A stretch of DNA of 64,000 nucleotides from Azolla caroliniana. Lineage: Eukaryota; Plantae; Polypodiophyta. Location: the NCBI GenBank assembly GCA_043228905.1, contig JBHGNT010000007.1, positions 1,550,001-1,614,000 of the forward strand, in the 5' to 3' direction. Numbering within the stretch: the first letter of the stretch is position 1; the number at the start of each line of letters is the position of its first letter. A model generated the notes under the pieces. That model did no database searches. It had not been told where the DNA came from and was given only the letters and a program-made list of their open reading frames with translations. Shown one piece after another: positions 13,200-27,000 of the stretch. The position numbers and the translations under genes are program-made.

Positions 13200-14533
13200 G
13201 ACCCACAGTGTCAGCATTTGTTGCAAGCCCTGATAGCATCGTTAACAAGGGATGAGTAACAATAGCAAACAACAATGGGCTAAGAGGGCATCCTTGACGA
13301 ACAGATCTTGTGAGGGCAATATCTAATGCAACTCCCCCATTAAGCATTACTCGAGACACCGCATCTTGTCCTAATAAAAATATGAGGCAAGACATACGAG
13401 GTCCGAAGCCCATTGTATGCATTAACCTAGAAACAAAGGATCAATTAACATGATCATAAGTTGTCTCCAAATCTAATTGCACCATAATCAATTCTTGATG
13501 AGTGTTTCGAGCATAATCCATGGCCATTTGAACATTCAACGCATTATGCAATATATTCCTACATGCAATAAAACCATATTGGGCAGGATGTATCAACTTT
13601 AGTAAATACTTTTGTAATCTATTTGCCAAGTCCTTTGTAAATATCTTATACAACCCCCCTTCAAAGAAATAGGTCTCCATTGATGAAATGACTCGGGAGA
13701 TGTCACTTTTGGAACTAATTTAATTAGACCAACCTTCCAAGCTTGAGGCATTCAACCAGAATTCCAAGAATGTTGAAACATCAAAGTTAAAGGCCCCTTA
13801 AAATGTTCAAATATCGCTTAAAAACTGAATCATTTATCAAGCCATCCCAACTAGGGCTCTTACCACTAGGAAGATGCCTTAAAACCATGTCCACCTCATC
13901 CTCAGTGAAATCCGCATCCAATTCATGACTAATGAGATCATGAACAATACATCCAACCACATCATAAAACTCATGGCATGCTCTACTCACCTCATTTTTC
14001 ATTAACAATTGTGGGCCAATCAACTCCTTAATGTAATGAACGCATATGTCTATTATTGTAGTAGGATCCACTATCAATTCATCCCATTTCTTCACATGTA
14101 CCACATTAGATCGAGCATAAGTAGGATGCAACGCTTGGAAAAACAAATGAGATTGACATTGATTATCTATGAACCCATCCCTTAGTTGACGCATCTTCGC
14201 ATAATGATAACTTTGGCATTGCAACTGAGAAATAATAACCTGCAATTGACTTTGGATATCCAAAAGCTCCTCATCTAATGGTGCATGTATCAATAATGCA
14301 TTACGCCTTGAGAGAACTTGTGAGAATTGTCGAAGAAGACCTCTTCTTCGTTGAGCATTAGTTACTCCATACATACGATGAATGATCTTAATGTTGTGTA
14401 ATGTGATATCCCATGCTTTAACTCCTTTAAGATTCACTTCTTGTGAAAAATTTACCAAAATTTGTTCCATGAGAGAATCAAAGTGAGGTTGAAGCAAAAG
14501 AGAAGAGTTAAAGCGCAATGGAGGCTTTCCAAG

Positions 14534-14977
14534 TGTAAAGAATCGGGTATGATTCTTGTGTAGCGGAAGAGATGTGTGTTATGTGTATGTGTGAGAGGAA
14601 TTAGAGGAGAGATGAGAGAACACTAGATAGATAGACAAGAGAAATAAAATACTCACGAAGAAGGTGTATATTTCACAAGTAGAATAAGAATTATAAAATG
14701 TAGCATAATAAGGAGTCACAACCGACTTAGTATGAAGTATGAGGAAGGTGCTTTATATAGAGTCACCCTCTCTCTTCATTAACTTTACAATAACCACTCT
14801 CTCTCTTGGGGAATGTGAAGACTCATAGTCATGGGGAATATATAACTCATTAGTTATGATTCTATGACACATAGTTAATGTGTAGAGAGTAGTGGTGTGA
14901 CTCTTGACTTTTGAGTAATCATGGATTCTCAAAAGGTGTGTTCACACGTTGTGCTATGTTGAGCTTGATTCTCAACA
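14534..14977 (-). mobile_element. Solo LTR (444 bp) inserted in LINE ORF2
   Basis: TGTAAAG...CTCAACA termini, exact 5-bp TSD CCAAG; the LINE frame (MYKYLLG/KPPLRFN) rejoins across it. Confidence 0.85.
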
Positions 14978-16841
14978 CCAAGTAAGTATTTATACATGTC
15001 AATTGCACGACTACAAACCTCCAAACAAATAGGAAAGTGATCTGAAGTTCCTACATGTTGTAGAATTGTCATGAGAAGTGATGTCGGTAAAAAAGAATCA
15101 TCGTGCATCACATACATTCTATCTAACCGACTAACCAACTCCATGTTTATCTATGTTGAGTAGATTGGAAAGTAAAACCTGGATCATTCCCATGCAACCA
15201 TGTCCAAACATCCAACTTCAAAACCTCCATAGCCAATGAATCCCAAGGAAGTTTCTCAGGATCATCCATGATTGAATGTTCAGGCGTAGATTGAGATGCA
15301 TCAACAGACATGTTAAAATCACCCATAAGTAATCCTAGACGGCCCACACATAGGGTTTGAAGGAGTGAGCCCCATAATGCAATACATTGAGTGGCTTGGT
15401 TAGGGGCATAAATCCTAACCATCCACACAACCTTGCCAAAAAATGTGATTTCTAGAACAAAAAACGGACCGTAAGGATCATTATGCACTACTTGAGGATA
15501 ATATTTATCCCGCGCGATTAATACCACACCTGAACAATGATTATTAAGATGTCATGCATAGAATGATGAATATCCACGCAAATGAACTGTGGATCCTGCG
15601 AACTCATGACACTTATGGTCAACTGCACATAATACATCCCATTCTTTACTTAACAAAGTTTCCCATAATATATACTTCTTATGAGGAGAACATGCCCCTC
15701 TCACATTCCATGATACCACTTTCATTCAATCAACAATGTTATTGGTGCACTTGCTCCTTTAGAGAAACCGATGTCATGAAACTAGTCAAAGCATGTTCCA
15801 ATGTTGCATATGGATTCTCATGCACCACATCCTTAGGGCTATCTATCAAAATCTTTTGTTTAGGTCCTCCCGCTTGACGAAAACCTCGAAAATTCGATGA
15901 ATTTACAACTCGTCCCAATGAATGAAATTGAAGGTGATGGGTAATCCCTTATCCCTAAATTGTCGTTGCCAAGGAACTTTCGTAGGACCCTCCCTAGTTC
16001 CTGAATTACCTTGCCAAGTAATCTCACGAGTAGTGGGCAAACTATTACGTTGCATATTCATTGATTTCCCCTTTCGACTTGCCCTTAACTTGATGCTAAT
16101 CTTTGTCAACAACATCACTACTAGCTCTATCCAGTGGTTTTTTCCCCTTATCTATAACCACTAAACTTTGTTTTTCCATATCCATAGATTGAGTTCCCTT
16201 ATTCTTAGGGCCCAAACCTTGAAGTGAGACCTCTTTATAACCTGCTCTAGATGATGTTCCTTCATCCATGACAACCACAATATTTGACACACCAACATCT
16301 CTCCTTCCTTACCATTCCCTTCATTAGGAACCTCTATCGTTGAAGGACAATGTCGATGGCATTCCACCATAAAGTGACCCCATTCGCCATATCCAAAACA
16401 ATGACATGCAAATGTCTCCCACTTCAATTTAAAACAAATTCTTTTCATACCAGGTGTTGTCCACCGGAATAGTAACCGACGGACAAGAGCGCAGTAGTAT
16501 GAATAGAATAATATTGTAATGCATGTAACGGTTCACGCGGGAAGCATGAACGACTAAAATTTTGAGAAATACGCGGAATAATCTCCGGCAACAACCGAAG
16601 GGAAAATCACTTGATACAATCGAACACAGAAGAAATGGGAGTGGAGGTAAGTGCACGAACAAACAAAAGAGAATACACAGGATATTAACGTGGAAAACCC
16701 TGAGAGGGAAAAACCACGGGAGTTCGCAGACTCCAAACTATCACTATGTAAAGTAATACAATAGGGAGCACAGAGGCAACAACCTCTTGCTCACAATCTT
16801 CACCTCGCGACGGTTACAACAGAGACACACTCTCTGTATGT

Positions 16842-16898
<57 letters not shown>

Positions 16899-17076
16899 GC
16901 ACTGTACAGAGGGTTACACCAACAACTCTATCATCTATTTATTAAGTTTGCCCTAGGTCATATTTATACTAATATGACTTTCGGGCTATTTACAAATATA
17001 GCCCTAGTGGGCTCTCTGGAACATATTTACATATATGTCCCTTCCATCCGATGAGAGGTTCTCACCGGGCCTGAAA

Positions 17077-17290
17077 CATTCGGTTCTCACCGGGTCTTCC
17101 GTTGCCGGGTACTCCACATCCGGTTCTGACCGGGTCTTCCGTTGCTGGGTACTCAACATCCGGTTCTCACCGGGTCTTCCGTTGTCGGGTACGCCACATC
17201 CGGTTCTCACCGGGTCTTCCGTTGCCGGGTACGCCACATCCGGTTCTCACCGGGTCTTCCGTTTCCAGGTACTCCACATTCGGTTCTTCT
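17077..17290. repeat. 40-bp tandem repeat (~5 copies) in U3 of the Copia D LTR
   Basis: Unit CATCCGGTTCTCACCGGGTCTTCCGTTGCCGGGTACTCCA; also present at 21892-21934 and 37103-37220. Confidence 0.9.
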
Positions 17291-17333
17291 CACTTCCCAT
17301 CTGGAGGGACCTATTTCCTAACAAACTCCCCCT

Positions 17334-20300
17334 TCACTCCGGCATGGGATGTCTTACTAGTCTGATCCGCTTCCGACGTGCATCCAGCTTGTCGGGTATC
17401 AGTACTTTGGTCAGCATATCTAACTCGTTCTCGGCCGTGTGGATCTTTGTCAACGCGAACTCTCGATCTTCTACTCGCTTCCGGATCCAATGATACCTAC
17501 GCTGGATATGCTTCGTCCTGGAATGGTACACTGCGTTCTTAGCAAGGTGGATGGCACTTTGACTGTTGCAATAGAGCCGATATTCATCTTGCCGGATACC
17601 GAGCTCTCCAATGAAGTCCTTCATCCATAATATTTTCTTGCCGGCTTCCACAGCCGCCATGTACTCCGTCTCCGTGGTTGACAACGCAACCGTCTTCTGC
17701 AGCCTCGACTGCCACGAAACAGCTCCCCCTCCATACGTCATTACATACCCGGATGTAGACCGGTTGGTATCCACATCAGCCGACATATCCGAATCGGTAA
17801 AGCCGTCAAGTTGAGGTTTACCGGAGCCGAATCAGAGACACATATTTGAAGTGCCCTTCAAGTACCAGAGTATCCATTTGACCGCGTTCTAGTGCTCCTT
17901 GCCGGGATTGCTCATAAACCGGCTCACCAACCCGACTGCGTATTCGATATCCGGTCGAGTACACACCATTGCGTACATTAAGCTCCCGACGGCAGAGGCA
18001 TATGGAACCTTCACCATATCCGCCTTCTCTGCTTTCGTCTTCGGGCTTTGCTTATCGGATAGTCTGCAGTTTGCGGAGAGTGTCGATCCGACTGGTTTTG
18101 CTTCTGACGTGTTGAACCGCTGAAGCACCTTTGTCACATATTTCTCCTGTGACAACCACAATTGCTTCTTTGACCGGTCCCGGATGATGTGTATCCCCAG
18201 TATCTGTCTTGCCGGACCCAAGTCTTTCATTGAGAAAGTTCGGTTTAGAGCCTTCTTCAGCATCCGTATTTTGACTTGGTCTCGTCCGACAATCAACATG
18301 TCGTCCACGTACAGAAGGAGTATCGAGAAGTTGCCTCCTTCGAACTTCTTCACAAACACGCAGTGATCGGCCTGCGTCTTGTGGTACCCTTGACCGGTCA
18401 TGAAGGAGTTGAACTTCTGGTACCATTGTCGGGGAGCCTGCTTCAGTTTGTATAGGCTCTTCTTCAACCGGCAGACCAGGTGCTCCTTCCCTTTCTCCAT
18501 GAATCCTTCCGGTTGCTGCATGTAGATCTCCTTTTCGAGGTCACCGTGAAGGAATGTCGTCTTCACGTCCAACTGCTCTACCTCGAGGTCCATGCTTGCC
18601 GCTATACTCAGCACCGTCCGGATGGAGGTCATCTTTACTACCGGGGTAAATATCTCGTCGAAGTCCACGCCCTTCTTCTCCTGGAACCCCTTCACCACGA
18701 TCCTGGCTTTGTATCTCGGGGGGTTGCCGGCATCTCCCGGTTTCAACTTGTACACCCACTTGTTTCGGAGTGCCCGCTTTCCTTTCGGCAACTCCACCAA
18801 TTCGTACGTATGGTTCTCATGTAGGGAATCCATCTCATCCTGCATGGCACTTAACCATTTGCGGCTATGGGCGTCACTTTTAGCTTCCTCGAAGCTTTCT
18901 GGCTCCCCCTCATCGGTCAACAACACATGCTCTGCATCCGGAAATCTTCGGGGGGCCCTTCTCTCTTTGAGAGGATATCTCCGTCTTTGGCCTTCGGCAA
19001 CCAGCTCCACTATTTGATCTTCATCCGAATCCAATTCAGGGTCTTGGCCGGTTCCGATTTCAGCTTCCTCTAATTCTTCTTCTGCCGGTTCGGTATCCTC
19101 ACCGTAACCGGCTGGTTCCTCGAGTGTCAACTGGCTCTTAGCCGGGTGTGTCTGAATCTCATCGGAGTTCATTATCTTCTTCTCCGATTCCCAGTCGGCA
19201 AGAGTTTTGTCCTCCATGAAGATAATATGTCGGCTCCGGAAAGCCTTCTTGTCAACCGGATCCCACACTCGGTAGCCGAACTCATCATCGCCGTATCCGA
19301 GGAATATGCATGGCCGGGTCTTTGGATCCAACTTTCCTCTCTGGTCCTTAGCAACATGCACGTACACGAGACACCCGAACACCTTCAAATGCCGGTAGGA
19401 CACTTCCTTACCGGTCCACACCTTCTGCGGTGTGTCTCCATCCAAGGGCACTGAGGGTGATCTGCTTATCACATACGTCGCTGTCGACAGCGCCTCAGCC
19501 CAAAACGTCTTGGGTAATTTTGCATGCGCCAACATACTCCGGACCCTCTCCATTATGGTCTGGTTCATCCTCTCGGCCAACCCGTTTAGTTCTGTCGTCT
19601 TCGGCACGGTAATTCGAGCCGGATTCCCTTCGAGCGACAATACTCCTCGAACTGCCCCCGGTATTCACCTCCGTTATCTGCTCGAACCACCTTCAGCTTC
19701 CGGCCGGTTTCTCTTTCCACTCTCGCGTGGAGCTCTTTGAAAACGGATAGCACCTGATGCTTCGTTTTCAACGGTGTGGCCCACAGCTTCTGGTTGTGGT
19801 CATCTATGAACGTCACGAAGTACTGCGATCCAACATGTGACTTCGTGTCCACTTGACACACATCAGTATGCACCAACTCCAGTGGTGCATTATGTCTCAT
19901 TGGTGGCCTTGGTCGGAAGGAGGTCCGGTTTTGCTTACCGTCCAGACAATTAGTGCACTTCTCCAAGTGCACGTTCTTCACTGGAATGAGGTTGTCATCT
20001 GCAAGCCTCTTCATCCCCTTCTCGCTCATGTGACACAGCCTCTTGTGCCACAACTCACCGGCAGTGTCGGAAGCCACGTTCACTTCTTCCGGGCATAACC
20101 GAGCATTCATCAGGTACAACGTGGTAACCTTCCGGGCCCGAGCCACAATCAGGCTCCCTTTGCTGAACTTCAAAACACCGTTCCAGATGCTACCTGTGTA
20201 GCCTTCATCATCTAGCCGACCGGATGATATCAGGTTCAGACGAACCTCCGAAACGTGTCGGACATCCTTCAGCAGCAGCTTGCATCCGGTTGGTGTTGAC

Positions 20301-21355
20301 AACCACACGTCTCCTATGCCGACAATTCAGCATGTACCTTCATTCCCCATCCGGACACAACCGTGATCACCAGTTGAGTAGGATGAGAAGCATTTCCTGT
20401 CCGGGGTAAGGTGGAATGACGCTCTGGAGTCGACCACCCAGGTCATCTCGTCGCCGGCAAGGTTTAGCTCACTCTCCTCGGTGATGAGCATCAACTCTTC
20501 TTCACTTGCCGCGATTGCCTTCGTTCCCTTCCGGTCTGTCCCCCTTCGGTCTTTACCGTTCCGATCTGGTGTCCCCTTCGAATTAGTACCATCGGTTTCC
20601 TTGTCCTTTTGGAAGTGCCGACAGTTCTTCTGGAAGTGTCTCGGCTTGCCGCAATAGAAGCAGGTAGGCCTCCTCCTTGACTTTGACCGTGTTCCCGACT
20701 TCTCCCGGTTCTGGGAACTACGATTCCTTTGTCTTCCGCGTTTCGATTTGGTAATGAGCGCTTTGGAGTCGGAGTTCATATCCTTGTCTTTCCGACGCGC
20801 CTCCTCATCTAGCAAGCTCGACTTCAGTCTTGCTAGGGATAACCGTTTCCCTTCCGGCCCGGCGTTGCCCAAAGTGACAACCAACGTCTCCCAGCTATCT
20901 GGGAGGGAACTGAGCAAGAGTAGTGCTAGTACCTCATCGGCGAGAGGTACTTCCAATGATGTTGCCTGGTGGATCAGCCCCTGGAAGGCATTCATGTGCT
21001 CCGCCATGCTAGAGCCATCTTGGTACCAGAGTCTTACTAGCTTCCGAAATACCGAAACCTGATTAACGACATTTTTGTTTTGAAAGATAATGCCGATCTT
21101 CTCCCAGAGCTCATGAGCCTTGCTCTCTTCATTGAAGTTGTTGTATAGACTCATGTCAATGAAGCACTGTATGTACGTCGTTGTCTTCATGTGCATCACC
21201 TCCCATATCATGTCATCGATTTTTTCCGGTCTCTTGTCCTCGAACTGAACCGGCAACCAAAGATCTTTAACCACGAGCGTGTCCCTCATCTTCGTCTTCC
21301 ACACTAAGTAATTGGAGCTGGTGAGCTTGAACATACCTCCCAACGAATCGTCCAT
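17334..21355 (-). pseudogene. Copia D gag-pol polyprotein, disrupted by stops and a frameshift
   Basis: ORFs 20327-21355 (gag, CCHC, WVVDS protease), 19586-20308 (integrase), 17889-19640 (RT YVDD) and 17334-17786 (RNaseH). Confidence 0.9.
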
Positions 21356-21663
21356 TTTTCTGTGTCATTTTGCTCTGATACCACTTTGTCGAGAAATACG
21401 CGGAATAATCTCCGGCAACAACCGAAGGGAAAATCACTTGACACAACCGAACACAGAAGAAATGGGAGTGGAGGTAAGTGCATGAACAAACAAAAGAGAA
21501 TAGACAGGATATTAACGTGGAAAACCCTAAGAGGGAAAAACCATGGGAGTCCGCAGACTCCAAACTATCACTATGTAAAGTAATACAATAGGGAGCACAG
21601 AGGCAACAACCTCTTGCTCACAATCTTCACCTCGCGACGGTTACAACAGAGACACACTCTCTG

Positions 21664-21715
<52 letters not shown>

Positions 21716-22488
21716 GCACTGTACAGAGGTTACACCAACAACTCTATCATCTATTTATTAAGTTTGCCCTAGGTCATATTTATACTAATATGACTTTCGG
21801 GCTATTTACAAATATAGCCCTAGTGGGCTCTCTGGAACATATTTACATATATGTCCCTTCCATCCGATGAGAGGTTCTCACCGGGCCTGAAACATCCGGT
21901 TCTCACCGGGTACTCCACATCCGGTTCTCACCGGTGTCGTGCCTTTCGGCTCCGGATCGTTGCGTGAGTCGGGTGGGAACCGCCGAGGTTTTGGACTAGG
22001 AGGAAGAAAAATACAAATAAGGCTACTAAAGAATAAGTATAAAGAGTTATAAGATAAGAATCTTGTGAATCCCACGAGTTTAGTATATTTAGTCAATATT
22101 TAGGTAGTAAGAGAGAATTATTTTAGCAAATTCGTGAATCCCACGAATATTTTAGATTGATTGATCATTATAGAAAAATAATCAACAAAAACTACAATGT
22201 GCTCCCCATCCTTACATAGTGATGGGAGAGACTAAGCATAACTACATGCTTTTTTCTAATATGTTCATGCACACTAAATGTGCATGTGATGCTTTTCTAA
22301 TCCTTGCTTTTATTTGCTAAATATAGTGCTCATGCACGCTAGATGTGCACGAGTCACTTTTTAGTTGCTTGCGTTTTTCTATAAAATATTCACACACTCT
22401 AAAAATGCATGATTTACCTTTCAATAAAGGTAGGTGCAAATAAAGAACTTATAGTTATCAAATCTATTTATAGAACACTAAAGATAAG

Positions 22489-22555
22489 GTAGCATAATGG
22501 TAAAGTTGAGGTTTGGCTACGTGGAGGTATAGGGTTCGAATCCTTCTTTATGCAC
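22489..22555 (+). other. tRNA-like Pol III promoter (A and B box) inside element E
   Basis: GGTAGCATAATGGTAAAG (A box) and GGGTTCGAATCC (B box) at tRNA-like spacing; no convincing cloverleaf. Confidence 0.5.
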
Positions 22556-24022
22556 GTGATAAATATTTTGATATATTATTTATTTATTTATATGTATCTA
22601 AAATCGGATATATTATTTTATGGTTTTCACGTTGTCGTGAAGAATTTCGGCCATAGGCGAAAACCGGGAAACATTGGCTACATCGGCGGGGTGCAGCGTG
22701 TGAACGCACCCATGTACATTTAGTGTGAATATCGAGGGCGCCTTTATGGCGCCGAAGAGTAGTCAAGTCGGGGTAGACGATCCCTTGTAAGGCGGGATTT
22801 GTCCCACATTGTAACGCATCCCTTTCCTTGTTCTATAAAAGGAAGGGAACGCCCTTTGTGAAAGGGTTGCCCATTTTGGATTAGAGGGTATACCGGTAGG
22901 TTTAGGGTTAGGGTTCTTTTGCTTCTTCTTCTTCCCCTTCGTGTTCGTTTAGGGTTGGCTGCAGCTTATCTCCTGTGCAAGACCCCGCTCGGCGCGACAA
23001 GCCCGAGAGCTCCCCGACGGCGGCTTGACAGCAGACGACTGTTGTAAACTATCTTGGTCCGGCTCGAAGCCGAGAATGTATTCTTCTGTTTATACATATA
23101 TATATATTTGCGTCTGTCTGTGTATATTCGGGTCTCTGTTGGTGTCGGGTGCTCCCCCTTTCCTGCGTTCCCTGTACGTAAGGGCGTGAGTCGAGTCGGC
23201 ACGTGTGTGCGTGTGTGTGCGTGTGCGTGAGTCGGTGTTAAGCGTGCGCTCCCTCTCTTTCTCTCTCTCCCTTCGGTCGCTTCTGAGATGCCCTGGGAAC
23301 GGTGAAGCCGACTTCCTACACTCCATCACTCCCTAGTCCAGGACCCCCGTGGTCCCGCCTTTCTCCACGCACGCGCTGTCGAGGTATTCCTCGCGGATGC
23401 GTGGAATGAGGCGGGGCCTTGGGGGTCTTGTACCGAAGAGCAAGAGACAAAGGAGAAGGGAAGGGACCCACTACGTGTGGGCGTAGATTCATAGGGACAC
23501 GGCCCTTCGACACAAAGACGCGAGTGGGACACCAACGCAGAGAGACACGAATGTATGTATATATATATTAACAAGGACAAACAACAAGAAGCACGAAGTC
23601 GGTTACAACCGAACAGGCCGGCGAACAGATGCCGATGCCTGTTCGTAAACGCTCAGAAAGAAAGGAGTAGGTTGGAGGTGCTGCCGGAAGCACTCGGGCA
23701 TTCCTCAGAGCAGCGCGAGCCTCCCGAAAAACCTGCACAGGAAGAAGCTACGGAGTATGGAAGAGAGAGAAGCCTTCGGCCGACAACCCGATAGCACTTC
23801 GTCCTCTCTAACCGCGATCCCCCTTTTCCTCCTCCCCGTCTCCCTCCTTTTATAAGCAAGAAAGGGGCCGTTTCCCATTAACTTCCTACCTACCGAATCT
23901 ACCTACGCTCCGGTGCACCGATTCCGCTTGTGGACGGTTTTCTTCACGACATCCGCCCCCACCTAACCGCGCATCCACCGGCATGCGCCAATTGAGTTGG
24001 GACGGAGAAAACCGGTCCAGTC

Positions 24023-27000
24023 TGTTGGGAATCAACGCTCACGATTCACCTTCACCACTCGGCCACAACCGAGAAATCACGAATCAATGCAGCAGAAAAT
24101 AGGAAACACAGAGAAAGACACGATAACACAGGGATTAACGTGGAAAACCCTATACGGGAAAAAACCACGGGAGTGCAAGACTCCAAACCAAAACTATGCA
24201 CAGAGAAATATACAATGGCGAGCTGCAAGGCGACGACCTTGAGCTCGCTATCCTCGCCACAGGCGGCGGTATTACACAGAGGCGTCGACCTCTTCCTCTC
24301 TCACGCTCTATCTCTCTCACGGCTGCTCTCTCTTCACTCCTCTTGAGTGGAAAAACAGAAAAATGAGTAGCAACATTAAAACTGTTTGCCCTAAGTCATA
24401 TTTATACACATATGACTTTAGGGCTATTTACAACTATAGCCTCAAGGGCCCTTGGCAAACATATTCACAGATATGTCCCCGCATCCGGATCTCTCTCCGG
24501 GTACATTCGTCATCCGGTTCCGAAACCGGGGTCTTCATCATCCGGTTCCGAAACCGAAACCGGGCTTGTCGGCATTCATCTTCGGACATCCGACCATCCC
24601 ATCCGAAAGGGACCGTAATCCCAACAAACTCCCCCTTCACTTCGGCATGGGATGTCTCTCCAATCCGATCCTCTTCCGGCATGCTTCCAGCTTGTCGGGT
24701 GTGAGCACCTTGGTCAGCATATCCGACCCGTTCTCGTCCGTGTGGATCTTCGTCAGCACGAACTCCTTGTCTTCTATCCTTTCCCGGATCCAGTGATATC
24801 TTCGCTGGATGTGCTTCGTCCGGGAGTGATAGGCCGCGTTCTTCGCAAGGTGGATTGCACTCTGACTGTCGCAGTAGAGTCGGTACTCCTCCTGCCGGAT
24901 ACCGAGCTCTCTAATGAAGTCCTTCATCCATATTATTTCCTTGCCGGCTTCAACAGCCGCCATGTACTCCGCCTCCGTGGTTGACAAAGCAACCGTCTTT
25001 TGCAGCCTCGACTGCCAGGAAACAGCTCCCCCTGCATACGTCATCACATACCCTGATGTGGACCGGCTGGTATCTGCATCAGCCGACATATCCGAATCGG
25101 CGAAGTACTGGGCTCCGCCATGTGACTTCGTTTCTACCTGACACACATCAGTGTGCACCAACTCCAATGGTGCGCTACGTCTCGTCGGTGGCCTTGAGTG
25201 GAAGGAGGTTCGGTTCTGCTTACCGGCCAGGCAATCGGTGCACTTCTCCAGGTGCACATGCTTCACTGGAATAAGGTTGTCTTCTGCAAGCCTCTTCATC
25301 CCCTTCTCACTCATGTGGCACAGTCTCTTGTGCCACAGCTCACCGGCAGTGTCGGCTGCCACGTTCAACTCTTCCGGACACAACCGGGCATTCATAAGGT
25401 ACAGTGTGTTGACTTTCGGGGCCCGAGCCACTATCAGGCTCCCCTTGCTGAACTTCATTACGCCGTTCCGGATGCTACCTGTGTAGCCTTCATCGTCTAG
25501 CCTCCCGGCTGAAATCAGGTTCAATCGAACCTCCGGAACGTGTCGGACATCCTTCAGCAGCATTTTGCATCCGGTCGAGGTTGTCAACCACACGTCTCCT
25601 ATGCCGGCAATCCGGCACGTACCTTCATTTCCCATCCGAACACAGCCATGCTCACCGACTGTGTAGGATGAGAAGTATCTTCTCTCCGGGGTCAGGTGGA
25701 ACGATGCTCCGGAATCGACCACCCAGGTCGTCTCATCGCCGGCAATGTTTAGTTCACCTTCTTCGGTGATGAGCATGATTTCCTCTTCACTTGCCGCGAG
25801 TGCCGTCGTTCCTTTCCGGTCCTGCCCTCGCCGATCCGAACCATTCCGGTCCGTGGCTCCCCGGTAAGCACCGTTCCGATCCGAAAGCTTCTTCGAATCG
25901 GTGTCGTCGGCTCCGCTGTCTTTTCGGTAATGCCGACAATTCTTTCGGAAGTGCCCCGGCTTCCCACAGTGGAAGCATGTGGGCCTTCCCCTTGACTGCG
26001 ACCGGGTCCCCGACTTCTCCCGTCTTTGCGGACTCCGGTTCCGTTGTCTTCCCCGATCCGATTCGGTAAACAACATCTTCGGATCGGAGGCCGGTTCTTT
26101 ATCTCTCCGACGCGCTTCTTCGTTCAAGATACTTGTCTTTACCGTTTGTAGGGACAAGTTATCTTCGGTGCAGGAGGTGCTGAGAGTCACCACCAAGTTC
26201 TCCCAGCTTTCCGGCAATGTACACATCAGAATGATGGCTTGCATTGCATCCTCCAACGGGAACTTGATCGCCGCAAGCTGGTTCACGAATCCCATGAACG
26301 TGCTTACGTGTTCCACCATACTCTCGCCGTCCCGGTACTTGAGGTTCACTATCTTCCTCATCAGGGAGGTCCGGTTCAACGCATTCTTCCTCTCGTAGAG
26401 GCCCGACAGCTTCCGCCACATCTCATATGCGTTGGTGTCGTTCGCCACATGTTGTAGAACGCTCACGTCGACGTATTGCCGAATGGTTGCAACGGCTTTC
26501 CGGTTCAGAAGCCTCCATTCCGACTCAAGTACCCCCTTCGGTATTTCCGACCTGTCAATCGGTTCGTACAGGTCCCGAACAATCAGAAGATCCTCCATCT
26601 TGATCTTCCAGTCGGCGTAATTCTGCGCATTCAGCACCATCATCCCCGGCTGCCCGTTGCTGCCGCCTTCCATTTTCTGCACTGCAGTCGCTCTGATACC
26701 AGTTTGTTGGGAATCAACGCTCACGATTCACCTTCACCACTCGGCCACAACCGAGAAATCACGAATCAATGCAGCAGAAAATAGGAAACACAGAGAAAGA
26801 CACGATAACACAGGGATTAACGTGGAAAACCCTATACGGGAAAAAACCACGGGAGTGCAAGACTCCAAACCAAAACTATGCACAGAGAAATATACAATGG
26901 CGAGCTGCAAGGCGACGACCTTGAGCTCGCTATCCTCGCCACAGGCGGCGGTATTACACAGAGGCGTCGACCTCTTCCTCTCTCACGCTCTATCTCTCTC

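Larger units (their letters stand above)
11871..16454 (-). mobile_element. Degenerate L1-type LINE (ORF1 zinc knuckle, APE endonuclease, RT); continues at 44628-44690
   Basis: Endonuclease motifs (IYAPN, MGDFN, SRLDRMY, TSDHFP), RT motifs (KSPSWDG, SVRQGCPLSPLLF, LVDDS, FRHLGYP) and an ORF1 CCHC-like motif at 16161-16448; many stops and frameshifts. Confidence 0.88.

Noticed and set aside
17077-17290. CRISPR array
   Set aside because: Contiguous tandem repeats without unique spacers, inside an LTR, and no cas genes
17886-17895. Programmed stop readthrough between RT and RNaseH
   Set aside because: The TAG replaces a conserved Trp in a mutable CAG context and lacks a CARYYA readthrough context
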